64,000 nucleotides of DNA from Schizochytrium sp. TIO01 (GCA_004764695.1 SMSO01000031.1:7980761-8044760), one strand, 5' to 3'. Counted from the first letter of the stretch, positions 50,048-64,000 are shown. Made by a program: numbers and translations. Notes: generated from the sequence alone by a model not told the origin.

Positions 50048-53000
50048 ATGGGCAACACAGAATCTGCCTCTCATGGCACTGGAGCAGCGAGTGCGCTAAA
50101 TGCTGCCAGTGCAGAGCTCTTTGAGAGCTTACCATCAGCTGACATGGACTCTCACTACCTGCGGGCGTGCATGGACGAGATGTTTGACAAAGACCTCATT
50201 CGCAAAAACTATGTTACCACCTTGAATGCGGCACAAGCCATGAGAGAGGACCCTGATGCAGGCAACAACTCGCCACAATCCCCCACAAGCGCATCTGTAG
50301 AAGAAGCCGAGGCTATTGCCGACGCAGTGGCATGTCTTGCATATCCTTATGATGCAGTGGCGAGAGACCTTACAGTGCAACGACTTACCAAGGGACTGAC
50401 GGATAACTGTCGCGAGGAGGACCCTTTCACCACCACGCTTGATCAGCGGGTCCACTTTCTTCGCTGCATGCACGCAGCGATGATGCGGGCTTGGCCACAC
50501 CGTGCTGCAATTAAAGCAAAAACCTTGCAACAGGAAAAAATGGCCTCTGTAGATCGCAAGGCGGCACTTATTCGTAGCGTATTACTTGATATGTCCGAGG
50601 CGGAACATCACAAAGACACACCTCCAAGCATTGCAGACGCTGATGATGATCTCACGCGCCGCCGTCGACGACGACGACGGAATCGTAAGACCCTATCGGC
50701 AACAGCGAACTCAGGTTTTTTTGAGGATCCCCAAGCTCTAGTATCAACTGTTTCACAGGAGTCAAACCGCCTTAAATCTACCGAAGCACCCGGTTCTTTT
50801 GAGCTTTCTCACCCTATCCGCCTTGGGCTTAATTTGTTCTTTACCCTGCTAGATTGCATCCAGCAAGATGAAGCTTGCTCAGTTGAACAATATGTTCAGT
50901 TGGTCCGAGAGATTCTACCAATTGCACAAACACTTGAGTATGAGCTCATTGACGATTCGTCCTCCTTCTATCCAGCTTCTCCACTCGAAGTAGACAGATC
51001 TCAGCAGCAGCAGCAGCAAAAGCCTGCAATACAGAATTTCGGCTTATCGTCTCCGACCAGCCCTACTGGTGCCATGCCTAGTGCCAGCGCTCGAAAGGAC
51101 GCGTCTAATTCTGATGTTATCAAGCTGCACACTGGACCCGGTTGTGAGGGTCCTTCTAGGAAGATGAACGATTTGCCGCCCATTGGTATGTTAAACGAGC
51201 TGAGCGACTTCCTTTATCGAACTGCGATGGCTCGAAAGCTCGTGGGACCTGGAACGTCAAGGTCCTTGTTAGACGAAGATCTTCTCCTCGGTAGTGCTCG
51301 AACCGGAACTCTAGGTTCCGCAAGGCCCTCAAGCGCAGGGAAGAACCAACGCAACGAAAGTGGTGGACGTGACCGTATTGAAGAAGCCCAGCAACAACAA
51401 ATAGAAAAACAGCAACAGCAACATTCACAGCAATATCAGCATCATGCAGAGGATAATCAACAGGAAGCGCGCTTCATGCCTGCATCGTATCAAGACTTGC
51501 CTTTAAGTACCGAAGAGCGAGCTCAAGCAGTAGAATCGCTGTTCACACTTGCTCTTGGCCGTGCCAAGCTGGTTGACTTTTTGCTTTGTTTAAAGGTCTT
51601 AGTTGAAGATGCCAGTATTAATAGGCCTCCGGGGCACATGCAGGTCACAGCCTCGGCTAACTTGAGTGTGAGAACCGCAGGGCATGACCCCTCTGGACGC
51701 CATGATATTGTGACACCTTCAACTTCCCCTACGGAGGGTTTTCTTTCTCCTGCGCCAATTCCTCATGCGAACAATTCTGACCATAAAGAACGCTCCCCAG
51801 AACCATTTGCCCCACCCTCGCGAATGGTTAAGCGCGGCTGGCGTACGGTTGAAGACGTCATGAATGGCATTGATGCCAATGATACAGACTGCAAATCTCC
51901 AGTGACTGCCTCTCTTGGAGAAAGTGTTACTGCTGATGGAGAAGGTCCATCTGTGGTAGCTAACGTTCTCGTTCCTGATGCTAGCATTGCTGACTTACGC
52001 GACGCAAACTCTATAGATGCCGAGGCTGTTTTTGCGGGTGCAACAGTTGCTGAAATGTCTAGCAAGTCTCGAATGATGCCTGTGGCTGGTCGTCCACGGC
52101 CTGGTGATGTGGTAGGAGGCAATAATAACTTCGAAGACACCGCCATCCCGTCCAAGGGGGGAAATAATAACAATGACGCAGATGAGCTCCGATCCCCGCG
52201 GGAACGTCGTATCCGTGAACAGGCTCGACGCTCATTCTTAAAAGGAAAGCAAGATGCACTTCGGCCCCTCGATCTATGGACCAAACTCATGCAGCTTTCT
52301 GACATTGACACACGTAAGCTTTTCCAGGCTCATATGCTCGGTGCCAAGACGGAAGATGTGCAGGTATGGAGTTTTGGGCAAAATTCATATGGTGAACTTG
52401 CACACGGAGACACAATTACAAGGAAGGCCGCAAAACAGGCATCAGTGCTAAACAGCAAGGATGTTATTCAAGTCGCCGCTGGTAATGAACATACAATTGT
52501 TCTCACACGTAGTGGAAAGGTTTACGCCGTAGGCTACAATGACAATGGTCAGTGTGGACAAGGAAATACAGGGCGTGTAGCGCACTTGTCCAACATTGAA
52601 GCGCTTAACAACAAAAATGTCGTTCAAGTACATGCATATAACGGCTGCGAACACACACTTTGTGTAACGCAAGAAGGTGCCCTGTATTCCTTTGGTTACA
52701 ACTATCGGGGCCAACTTGGACATGGGAATACAACCTCTATTTCCGCACCACAGCTCGTGCCAGGGTTTGGCATCCCGGGACGTCGCGTACGGCACGTATC
52801 CTGTAGCTACTATCACAGTGTTGTAGCTACTGACAGCGGTGAGGTTTACTCCTTTGGACGCAATGATTTCGGCCAACTGGGACTCGGTGATACGCTTGAT
52901 CGCAAAGAACCTACCCGTGTTGAGGCTCTTTCATCTGGGGAACATGTTGCTTCCGTGGCATGTGGCCAATATCACACTGTTGTGGCCCTGTCATCTGGAA

Positions 53001-56000
53001 CAGTCTACGCATGTGGTAAGAATGATTATGGTCAGCTCGGTCTCAAATTGGCCGAGCCGCACCGACGAATGACAATCGTTCGTGCGTTCGGAAGTAAGGG
53101 AATCGACCGGGAGAGCGACGATTGTATTAAGGAGCTCCGCTGTGGTTACTACCATACCATCGCGCTGAGTACAACGGGAAAACTTTGGGCTTTTGGCCGT
53201 AACGATTATGGGCAACTTGGAATTGGGTCTACGTCCCAAAAAGTTTTTGGGCCACGAGAAGTGGAAGATTTGGACGGCGTCACCGCCCGCATCGTCCGTA
53301 TCGCTGCCGGATGTTACCATACCGTTGCCGTTGACCAAAACAACGTCATGTATGTTTTTGGCCGTAACAACCATGGACAACTGGGTTGCGGGGACTCTCC
53401 AGAACGGCCATCCCCGCTGCCACTGAAGTCTTTTGCAGGTTCTCGAATTGCCGACGTGGCTGCCGGGTTCTACCACACTATTGTTCTGGTTGGTGGCCAA
53501 GAAGTTGACGAAAAGGACCCGATTGATAAAGAAGAAAGCTTTCTGTTCGCGCCTGAGCAGAATGATCTTCGAAGCTTTGTAACTCAAGAACGCGAAGCTG
53601 TAAGCCTTCGGCGCAAGCTGCTTTCACCTCTTGAATTGGCTTTCCATACTCTCTACAACCTTGACCGCCTCGGTTCTTACCATTCTCATCGCCAGGATCA
53701 AGTGCAGCGATGGCGCGGGCAACGAGCATACCCTGCACTCGACCCACTCGCTGAAATGGAAGGCGCCAAAGCTGCTTTTCCTGGAAATGCTGGAACACGA
53801 GCAGATGGTGCAGACGGGGATGTAACTACACCTGCCAACGTCCAACAGTCCTTGCCCCCTGCAGATCTGCCCTTTTGTATCGACAGTGACCCCCGCACAC
53901 TTGTTTTACTCGTATATATTGCTCGTCTCTGCACGAAGCAGGCACAGAAAATGCAGTCAAACCCAGGAAATGAACGTTGGACATATATGATTCTTGCACT
54001 TTTGCGATTAACTAAAAACAACCTTGCACAGCTTCTTTGGAGCGGCGCAGGCCCTCGCTTGCAAAGAGAAATGCAAGACCTTGAATCCGAGCCTTCGGCG
54101 ATTGTTCGAGCGCTTGATGAAGTACACCGATTTGCGCTCGACACTATCGAAAACCCTCCTTTGCTTCGAACTCGCCAGGATTCTGAAATGGCACAGTCCA
54201 TCGCTTCGGAAATTCTGATGACAGGTCTTGAACTGTTTTATCCGACTCAAGAGCTCCAGGTTCAATTGTTGGCATCTTTGATGGCAGAAAATGATGAGAA
54301 TGATGAGCGTGAAGAAGAAACGAAAGGTGGCGAAGATATCTTCATTAAGACTCCAGAGCTGCGTAAGCAACTAGCAGCACGTGACCATGGTTCAACCTCG
54401 CAAAGTGCTGCAGACTTTGCCGCTCAGACACGAATTTCCCCTCGAAGCCCGCTTTTTAAGTTTCAACAAACTTCCTCGCCTGCAGTTTTCTCTAAAGGTC
54501 TCAAGCGTTATTTGTTAGAGCCTTTATTGCGACGCCTTGCAGATGATGAGCTTGTCTCTGCTATGGTTCCCTATCAAACAAGTCTGCTGTCGAATGACGT
54601 GGAAACGAGCTCCCTTTCGTCACATCAACGGTTGCGGAGTCATCTTAGCAAAGTGGAGGACGAAACTTCCGAAGCTTCCGTTGCTCTTCTCTCAAGCCTT
54701 CTATCGAGTCTAGTGCGTCAGATTGGTGTAGAAACCGGGCGCGCAATCTCTTTGGGTCTGCGAAACCCTGCAAACACGAACGGATTCCTCCAGCTCCTCC
54801 TATCATTGCAAAAGCATCTTTTAAGCTGGGCTGCTAATTCGACTCACCCCACTGAGGATGGCGCAGATGGCTTGGAACGTACGTCTTTGTTTCTAGACGA
54901 GCTCTTGGAAAAGTCATACGAAATTAATATCTTGTCACCAAATTCTGCAGGAACTGCAAGTTCTGCACCTCACCCTGAGGTGCTTCCCTCAAGCGGCAGT
55001 TTGGGTAACTTAAGTAACAACAGCGCAAGCTCGCGTTCTCTCGAGCATGGCGAGCATGAGGGAGTAAGTGGCTTAGATGAGAGCACAACATTTCCTTGGG
55101 CTCAAGAAACGTCAAATTCAACTGCATGGGACTGTCTAATGCGCTATGCAGAGCTCGTGCTTCGTCAATCAAATGACGAACTTGCGGCTGTAAACTCATC
55201 AGAGAGCATTGACGCGCTAACACAAAAATCTGTGGTAGCACGTGTATTACCGTCTCTTGTGATGGGCCTATCCTTGTTTGCAGATCGCACGTACTTTGCT
55301 CGTCGACTTCTTCCCCGTGTGATTGATACCCTTCATGCCGTTGACGAAGTTGCTCAGCGCGCACCCCAATTGACCCAGGCTGATCAAGACTACCGAATGG
55401 CATCGGAGCAGTTTGGGGGTACACGTATCAAGTCTCGCAAAAAACGAATTGAAGAAGCCCTTGCTCTGGCAAGTCTTCCCTGGCTCTTGCAGTTGGAAAA
55501 GGCCCTTGCTAGCCTTGGTGGCAAGCTTGCTTCAACTCTTGTTAATGGCCAAGTTGAAGGCGAAGCCCGGCAGCTCGAGCGAGTACCCGGCCCTGATGAT
55601 GTACGCGAGTCTTATGTTGTCTGGCGCGACTCGCCTCTCTTCAAGGGAGGCTTAGACGGCCGTGTAATATCTCGTACATGCAGTCAGAGCAAAAATGGTT
55701 TGCTTGCTATGCTTCAACTGTCTGGAGATGATAAGCCAATTGACTTCACCCGACCGCTTAGTGCAAGTTCCAAGCGCGCCGCACAGTCGCAGAAGCTTGA
55801 CCCGAGCTGGTTTAAGATGTTTTCCTTTGCCGAGCAGTGGCGGTTTTTGCAGCGCATACAGCGCGGCGAAGAACCAGTTGTCGAGACAATGCGCGCAACT
55901 CATGCCAAAACCAATTTCGCCTACAATGTGACACTCATTCAAGGCCGGGGCAACGGTGGCGCCGATGCTTCTGCATTAGAGAAGGTAGAGGCCTGCATTT

Positions 56001-59000
56001 TTGCAGCCGTACTGAAACACACGGGTGCTCTTCTGGATGCAATTTTATTCTCGCAAAATCTGGAAGCAGGTCTTCCGCCTCCCCCCCGTATCTGGGATTG
56101 TTGGCGGGCTGCTGCAGATGTTCGCATGCACCTTGTACGCCTACGTTCTCAATTCATGGCTAGTGCAAGTGATGACTCGAGTGAGAGTGAAGATCACACT
56201 TTATTCCAAGCTTTTTGCACGGGATACCTGAAACGGGCTCAGTTCCTGCTGTTATTTGGAAGCGCAAGCGCTGCGAAACAGGTCAGGAGCGCTCATACTG
56301 GAGCCAAAACGGAGAATCAGCATTGGAAGGTCCTTCGCGCAGCAGTCTGGACTGCAATTCGATGGAAAAGAGTAACAAAGGAAGGTATTCAGTGTAAGGC
56401 TGCACTTACAAGCACTGCATCGGACAACGGCATGGTGCACATGGTTGTTCGCTTCATTAAGTGCCCTACTGATATGACCGTCACTGTTGACCCAAATGCT
56501 CCACCAACCTCACCTACCAAAAAACCCACTTCCCCTTCCAAGCGCCGTAAGCAGCTTATGCAGCAGCAGTTCTTTAGCCTAAGTTCGCTTTTTTGGATGA
56601 TTATCAACAACTGCCGACGGGCTTTTCCTCCGCACTAGTGGTCTTGATTCCTTTCGGCAATTGCTGAGTACTCCAAAACTTGTTTCTCCGCGTGCTGATA
56701 TTCTTCGTCACCTCGCTCCTTCATTGCGTATGCCTAGTGACCTCGCTACTGTCATGCTCTCTGGAAAAGACCGTCAGGGCTCACAATCGCAGCACAGTGA
56801 TGGTTCCTCAAAGAGTTCAAAGAAGACAATCGAGCCCATTGGCCATTATGGCACTGGTCTGAGTGCGGCTGGCCCATCCGCTATGTCAGCAGTTCATTCA
56901 GCTTTCCTCAAGCTTTATACTGATCTTGCGTATTCGTTGAAGAGCGCATTAAGTGAGAATGGCCGCGCCTGCGCGCAAGAACGCCTCTTGCTTTTGGACG
57001 CGTGGGCAACACCTCTAGGCCCTATTGATGCTGATCTCCTCTGTAGCACAGGCCTGCTGAAGACTTTGCAAAGTGCTTTACAAATGGATCGTGAGATGGA
57101 CCAGCAGGGTGAGGATGAGAAGCAAGGCTTTCAACGCCCCTCAAAGGATGGAACAAAATCTGCAGAAAGAAAGCGCAAGAAGCAAATTGGACGGGCTGCA
57201 TGGATGCTTTTCCGCCTTCTCCTTGCTCAAATTGGGGAAGACGGAGACAGTGATGGTCGTCTTGCTTCCCTTTTAGACGTTCTTTACATGGAAATGCAAG
57301 CAAGCCTTAAGATGATGTTGCCTCACCGTGACGATGTCGAGAATGACGCACATGTTAAGTCTGGATCTAAGAATTCTTACGATTTGGTGACCATCCCGAC
57401 TCGAGTCAATAGTGTTGGAGGAGGCCTCGTTGTATCGCCACCATCCATACAGGATCAGACGCGCTCTGGTGTCGATAGCGCAACTGACGACGAGGATAGC
57501 GAGGAGTTTTCTATCTCATTCTGGGTGTTCCCAGAGCGTCAAGTCTCTGGCCTGGATCGGGTTCTGATGATGCGTGGAAACGCTAACATGCAGCTACCAA
57601 TTCTTACGATTCGGGATGTCGATAATCGCCTTGAGCTTTGGAGTAGTATCAGTGATGACGAGTCTGAGCGTGTTGTCTCCAAGGACCCTTTACCACTGAA
57701 CGCGTGGACACATATTGCTGTGGTCATGGAGCAGGGCAAGCTTCGCCTCTTTGTGAATGGTGATCTTGATGGTCAACAACAAATCCCATTGTCTCTCACT
57801 ATGAGCCAGGAACCTGCCTCGAGTAAGAACTTGCCAATTAGTATTGGTAAACCTAACCTTGACCGTATGCTTAGTGGGTTTGAAGGCTATGTTGCTCAGC
57901 TCAAGTTCCGAACCCGGGCCTTGTCTCCAATTCATGTTCATGTGATGTTTGACCAGGGTCCCCCAAAGCATTTTAGAGTTTTGGACCGTCATTGTTATCA
58001 GCTTGTTGTGCTACAGCAGACTCTTACAGAGAGTGGCTTGGGCCGCAAGAGCCTTGTCATGCCACGCTGGTTACAACTTCATGCTAGCTTGATTATGTAC
58101 GGCACCCCAAGAGTCCAGCAAGCCATTTTGCGATTGTGGCGTGTTCTGTTCCCCCAGACTCATCCTGATGATGTGGCTCCCCATATTCTTACCCCTCTCA
58201 TTCAAGCTAGGGAAGGTGTACGCTACACAGGTAAGGACTTTGTCGACTTCCTTCTTGCTCAAATTGGTGTCGGTGTATGGCATTCTAAAGAGTCTCCAAC
58301 ACCTCCCGCAAGTGCTCAAACACCCATGAGTACCACGTCGGAGTGTAATGAACTCATTTTGAATGAAGAGCCAACAACCCCAACTCGTAGGTCAATTAAG
58401 GCTCGCGCTCCCACGCAAGTCAGTGCCAGTGGGGCTCCTCGAACACCTGTTGATGCAAAGCGAAAGCACAAGAAGCTCAACCTAGAATGTGACACTAGTG
58501 TTGCTCGATGGCGTCGTAGAGACGTAGAGGTTAAGCCGACAGTGATGAGCAAAAGCAGTACTCAGAACAGTTTTGCTCTTTCGTCAGAATTGATCATGTT
58601 GGTTCGTTTGTTAAGTGCAAACCCGACATGGGCAGGAATGCTGAGTTCTCGCATGCAAGATGCCATGGCTGACATGAGCACACATTTGTTTAGTCCTAAG
58701 CGTAGCAAGGTTGTACAAGGTGCAAATCCTTTCGAGTTCGAGAGTAACAGTGTACATGCACTTCGCAGCGTTGGTACTTTAGCGGTTCTCGGCGGACACA
58801 ATGAAAGCCTTCGAATTGGTGGTCGCGTAGCAATGACTCATGCCGATATTACTGCAACCGTTGTCAGCTTAGATGAGTCTGCTTCAAACTCTGCTCTTGT
58901 TGTTATGACGCCCAAGCGTGCAAATTTGGAACAGCTACTGGAGGAAGAGGAAGAGCAAGAAGCGCTTGAAGATCCCAAAGAAGCTCAGCTACACCAGCAG

Positions 59001-62000
59001 CAGCTTCATGCGCAGCAACAGCTTCTACAACACACGGAAGCAAGCACGGGTGCTGAGGATCGTGTGATGAAGGCTGTGCGCATGAATTCTGAAGAGCTTG
59101 TGCCTATCCCTGAATTTGGCTCGCCATTTGCAAACCTATCTCCTCGTCGTAGAAAAAAGCCTGCTGCTGATGAGGTGGAGGTAGAACCGACTCTCGAGGA
59201 TTCCTTCTATAGGTTGCTTCGCCACCTATTTGTTGTACAGCTTGATACAACGACACGTTCAAAGACTGTTTTGTTGGCGCAATGCCGTGCACGGACTTTA
59301 CGTGTCCTTCTTGAGCTTTTGCAGACGCACGACTGTGATTTTGAAGAACTTTTTGAGCGAACACAGGACCAAGGAGAAAACATTGCCACTTCCCTCTTGC
59401 AACTTGCTGTGCGAAGCCTGAAAGATAAACGTTTTGTTACTCTTGAGGGTATGGAGGTGCGCGCTGAAGAACTTCGGAAACGTCTTCACACATTGCGAAA
59501 CGCAACACATGGAAGTAATACATCTGCATCAAGATCCCACACGAACGATCAAGAAGATGAAAGTCCAGCATCTTCAACCCCGAAGCACACACCTATCGCG
59601 CCACGTGTGGAAACGCATGTTCATGTGGACGGCGATGATGAGGTTGCCGTTCTTATGTACAGTGACGATGATGAAGACGAAGATGATGAAGACGAAGATG
59701 ATGATGCTGACGATGATGATAACAGCGGTGGGGCCGAGGTTCACCCAATGCATAGCTTCGATGCTGAAACTGGAGAGCACCTCGTTAACTTCACAAATGG
59801 TGCAAGCCAAAATAGTATGCCCATGCGAAACAGCTTCCATGATGAAGATCTTGGATTATCATCGTCCGATGAAGAAGATGATGATGGTGAAATTGATGGT
59901 GATGAGGAGGATGAAGACGAAGATGCCGAGGAGGACCATGGAGATGAGGGCCAAACAACCACCATGGACGTTGACATGAATCATGCCAATGAGAATTCTG
60001 TGGATGACACGAATGATGTGAATGGAGAGCCCCCATCAAGCAGCAACGACCCGCCTGCTTATCTTGTGGATGAGCTTGTAGCAATGGGCTTCCCAGAGGA
60101 GTGGTGTGTCGTTGCGTTGCGCCTTCAAGGATATGATCTTATCGCTGCATCAACCTGGATCGTTGATAATCTTGATATGCTTAGCTCTACACCTTTGAGT
60201 GAATTACTTCCGCCATCTTTGATGGAGTCTAAGACGTATGATGATGAAGAGGTGAGCGCTTCCATGTCAACGGAGCAGCTTGGAAATCTAAACCGCGATT
60301 CTCGAGTCTCCATGGATGAAATGCCTCTTGTAGAGCCCCTTCAGGAGCGTAATGTTCAGGCAGCTCCTGTTGCGAACATCAAGATTGACGAAGAGAAACG
60401 TCGTGGCCGTCGCCGATTGCAGCGTGCGAAGGCAAGTCTTCGCCGCGTCGAAGTCCCTTTTCAACAACTAGAAGTGACATTTGGAGATAACGTCTTTGCA
60501 GATGACTTCTTTCGCACTGATGCGTGCGCTAGCTACGGTTATGGTTACCGATGTGGCGCATTGGGACTTTACAACGGCCTACATGCAGAAGGAGGAAAAC
60601 TAGACGCCGCCCGTGACGCGTTCCGGTCTGAGATTGCTTTGCTCGGATTTGCTGATCTTGAAAAGCTCTGCACTGAACTGGAGGAAGAGCTATCGATTCT
60701 TTATGCACGTTCTTGTCTCCTCATCCTGCTTCAGCGCTGGAGAGAATGGCCTTCCCATACCGTAGACTTTGAAAAGGTCTTTCATGAGGAGAGCTTGCAC
60801 TTTGCAAAGTTTCTACGTCTTGTCATCTTTCGTGGACCTCAGATCATGCCGACACTGCTTGATGAGTTCTCTGACGGAAACTTGCCCGGTATGGTTCCGA
60901 TTGCTCCGCCGCATCCAGGCTCTTTGGCTGAGCTAGAGTCATATCTACCGCGTATGGGCAATGGAACCCAAGATGATTTGCTTCCTGCTGAAGTTGGAAG
61001 TATTGATCCTCGCGTGGCATCTAATAACGCCAATCAAAATGATCGAAAGAACCGCAAAGGTGTCAATAGTGTAGCTGCAGCTGCAGGTAGCGTTCTTCGG
61101 CTTTCACTAGAAGCTATACGGCCTTGCTTGTTGCAACTCTTGCGAAAGGATCAAAACTCAGGCAAACTTGGAGCTGCTCTGGCTGATTTTGTCTTGGATG
61201 ATCTTGACAATGCCGCACGAAGTGAAGAGCACGTTGAGGCACTGTGGGGCATGCGTGAGCTCACAAGTAGCGACTTTCAGGTGTCCAGAGAACCTTGTGT
61301 TGAATTTGACGCTTGGCTTTTAGGCATCCTTCAGTATGAAGGCGTGGGTGAGGTGCTAGATGAGAATGCTTTCACACGCTATGCAAGTCTTTTGAGCTCC
61401 CCTAACATGCCTCTGAAGTGTGTGGCATTGAAGAGTTTGGTGAAGGTCTTGAGACGCGAACCTCAATTTGCAGCACAATTGCCGTATCGACGCCTTTTTT
61501 CAATTTGTCAACAGCGTGCCAATCTCGAAGCACAGGGCCAACGTGTATTTTACTCCAAATTTCTTGCCGCTGGTGTGGAGTTGTTGACCTTGATGCGAGA
61601 ATCTCTGGCACCATCACAGCTAGCACTTGCTAACGTGGAGATCTTCGAGCTTGCTGAAAGAGCATACAAAGGTGCAATGCTCCCGCATAAGTGCCGAGGC
61701 ATCAGCTCTTTGGTGGATGCCAAATGCGTATGCTGCTCTGAAACCCAGGGTGGAATTAAGTGTGCTGAATGTGAAGCCTTGTTTTGTGAGGGCTGTGCTC
61801 AGCGGCATGATGCAAGCCATATGCTACTGATTTCTCCCTGCTGCAGTGAAGTAGTCGTGGATTCAAAGGCAAGCCAGGAGAATGATCGCCCTAGCTCTAT
61901 CGGTATTCGTAGCTTCGTGGTTACGTCCACAGATTGTGAGAGTATCGAGGTTGCTTGGCATCTTGAGGACAACTTCGATAATGAAATTGTCCTTCAAGCG

Positions 62001-64000
62001 AATGAAAAGGTCTTTTGCGTTACAGAGAATAACGGATCGTGTTTTCGTTTTGTTGGCCTTCGTGCTGGAACAACATACCAAGTATCTCTTAGTGTTATGG
62101 CGAAGGACGGCGAGCGTACTAAGTTTACAACTCTAAAGGCTCGTACAAAGGATCGCCTTGCATTTGAATTTGATCCGTTCAACTGTGGCCCCAATATTCG
62201 CATTACTGAAAAGGGCTTGTGCGCGCGCTTCTCTGCAACAGAATCGTGGAGCACTGTTTTGGGTACTCGGGGCTATTCTAGTGGTGTTCATACATGGCAA
62301 GTAAGAGTTGATGAATCTGATTCTCCATATCTATTTGTTGGTGTAGCTTCTCGAAAGGCTTGTCTGCAAACCTTTTTAGGCGGAGACGAACATGGATGGG
62401 GATATATTGGCGATCGAGCTTTGTATCACAAGCGGAACCGGCTCAGCATTTATGGTGATCGCTTCGGTCAGGGGGATACTTTGACTGTTACACTGAACAT
62501 GGATGTCGGAAACCTTTCATTTGCCCGGAACGGTAAGGACCTTGGCGTTGCTGTCGAAGGTCTAACTGGTGTTTTGTATCCTGCGTTTGCATTCTATTCA
62601 GGCTCTCAGGTAATCAGTCTTGTGAAAAAGAGTCTCTACCGGAAGGACATAACATCAGATCCAGCTATCCCAGAAACTGTCTTTACTGAAGAAACATTAA
62701 CAGCTGCTTGCACGATCGAACGTTTCTCCAATGCAGACTACCGAGTAGACGCTGATTTGGAAGATGATGCATACCGATGCCATGAAGATTGGTCCGAGCA
62801 AAAGTGGGCTCGCGTATGGACTCGATTCGGACGTGATGAAGTGTTGCTGCGCCCAGGCAAAATTGAAAAAGTGCAAAGCCATTTGGGCACCGGAACAATT
62901 GTTGGCTACAGTCCTCATGACCAAACCCAAGCTTGGATTGAGTATGACGAGGCACATGCGCAAGGTGCTTGGCCAATGTCACTTGATGACGATCGTCTCA
63001 CAATCCTACATGAGAGTGAATTTCCTGCACCGGTAATCAAACTCACTATGCCCCGAGAGGCTTTTGTGGAGCATTTGCATTCATTGGATCCTCATGTGGC
63101 TCGCAACGTTGACGAGGATCTCGTTGCAGAGCTAGGTGCTTATTGTGAACGCAAAGGATGCAATCCGTTTAGTATAAGTCCTGATTGCTTCGCTGAGGAG
63201 CTCTTCCCAGCAATGCAGCTTCGATCTCGCACTAGGGTTAAGCTCGATCAACTTGCTGCCCGATTTGCGTTGCTTAAGGTGTTGAACGAGCGATATGAGA
63301 TTGTTCTACCTTGGTTTGCTGCTCAAATGGAGAGCAAGTCTGATGCTACTATTCTTGTAGAAGGTGAGCTTGTTAACTCTGTAAGTGCTCTTTCGAGTAG
63401 CACTAATGGCGAAGAAGGTGGAAAGCTTCGGCTGGCAACACTTCCTCAAAAGTTAAGCTACTTCCGAGGGATCATCTTTTATCACATTAAAAAACAGCTG
63501 CTTGATCGTATTCTTGATCGTTCAGCTACTGTGCCAAAACGTGCTGAAGATGATTATGAGTATCCTGAAGAGCTGCCCCAGCTCATGCTAAATCGCCCGA
63601 AAGCCGCCTTTTCTCGTACTCTTCCAGATGCGGAGTCCAGGTTAAGCTTTTCGCTATTTGGTCAAGCATTTGACGAGCTACACTTTCTTGAACCCAAAAC
63701 GCTGCGTATTGCATACTCACATCCTATGGACGAAGGTCAAGCACGTACGTTCAAGGTGAAATTTGAAGGAGAAGGTGTCGATGATTACGGTGGTCCTTAC
63801 CGAGAGGTGTTTTCACAGTGGTCCACAGAGCTTACTGCAACTACGCTTTCTCCCGACGGGGCGGCGGAAGAGGGAGTCGCGGATCAGGATCTTGGAGACG
63901 GAACTACGGGTAACAACTCCGGCGAGGGCAAGGAAGGAGGTAATACTGATGAGGATGCTGAAGACAAAAAGGATAATCAGCAAATGCAGTGTGTTTTGCC
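50048..64000 (+). CDS. Giant HERC-like HECT E3 ubiquitin ligase (>4,600 aa, incomplete at the window end), with a +1 frameshift near 56623-56626
   Basis: ORF 50048-56638 has 7 RCC1 repeats (~52357-53490). The +1 frame from ~56625 was in frame at every segment translated and encodes a LamG-like jellyroll (~57500-57950), a HERC-type LAVLGG..LRIGGRV motif (~58780), UBA (~60050-60185; LVAMGFPEEWC), a B-box-like Cys/His cluster (~61720-61830), FN3 (~61890-62150), SPRY (~62160-62620) and the HECT N-lobe (FKVKFEGEGVDDYGGPYRE, ~63750). This second part is absent from the ORF track, consistent with it having no stop inside the window. Confidence 0.9.

Noticed and set aside
56547-56577. 31-nt GTAAGC...TTTAG mini-intron as the explanation for the HERC frame break
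   Set aside because: Splicing enters the right frame but immediately meets TAA (56580) and then TGA (56598).
1-64000. CRISPR array, prokaryotic operon, transposase/reverse transcriptase or viral hallmark genes
   Set aside because: No repeat-spacer periodicity or hallmark motifs were seen; the genes are eukaryotic and several contain introns.

Overview
Eukaryotic nuclear DNA with GT-AG introns and microsatellite-rich intergenic regions. Gene content and style suggest a stramenopile, possibly a thraustochytrid (inference only). Ten protein-coding genes are supported: (1) a three-exon Ragulator subunit LAMTOR2 homologue, present only as fragments in the ORF track; (2) a ~2,020-aa protein with about seven bromodomains, broken by a +1 frameshift; (3) a bacterial-type RbgA/YlqF GTPase with no targeting presequence; (4) calnexin; (5) an O-fucosyltransferase-like type II membrane protein; (6) a monofunctional GAR synthetase (PurD) with an unexpected C-terminal membrane tail-anchor; (7) a small protein with a predicted dual-acylation N-terminus; (8, 9) two cAR/Git3-like GPCRs, one rebuilt from three exons; (10) a giant HERC-like E3 ligase (RCC1, LamG-like, UBA, B-box-like, FN3, SPRY, HECT) that also has a +1 frameshift and runs off the window end. 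The best leads are the tail-anchored PurD, the candidate horizontally acquired YlqF, the hidden LAMTOR2 and the two large multidomain proteins. The frameshifts are most likely homopolymer sequencing errors, but this is testable. No rRNA, tRNA, CRISPR array or recognisable transposon ORF was found. All family assignments come from motif recognition by eye, not database searches.
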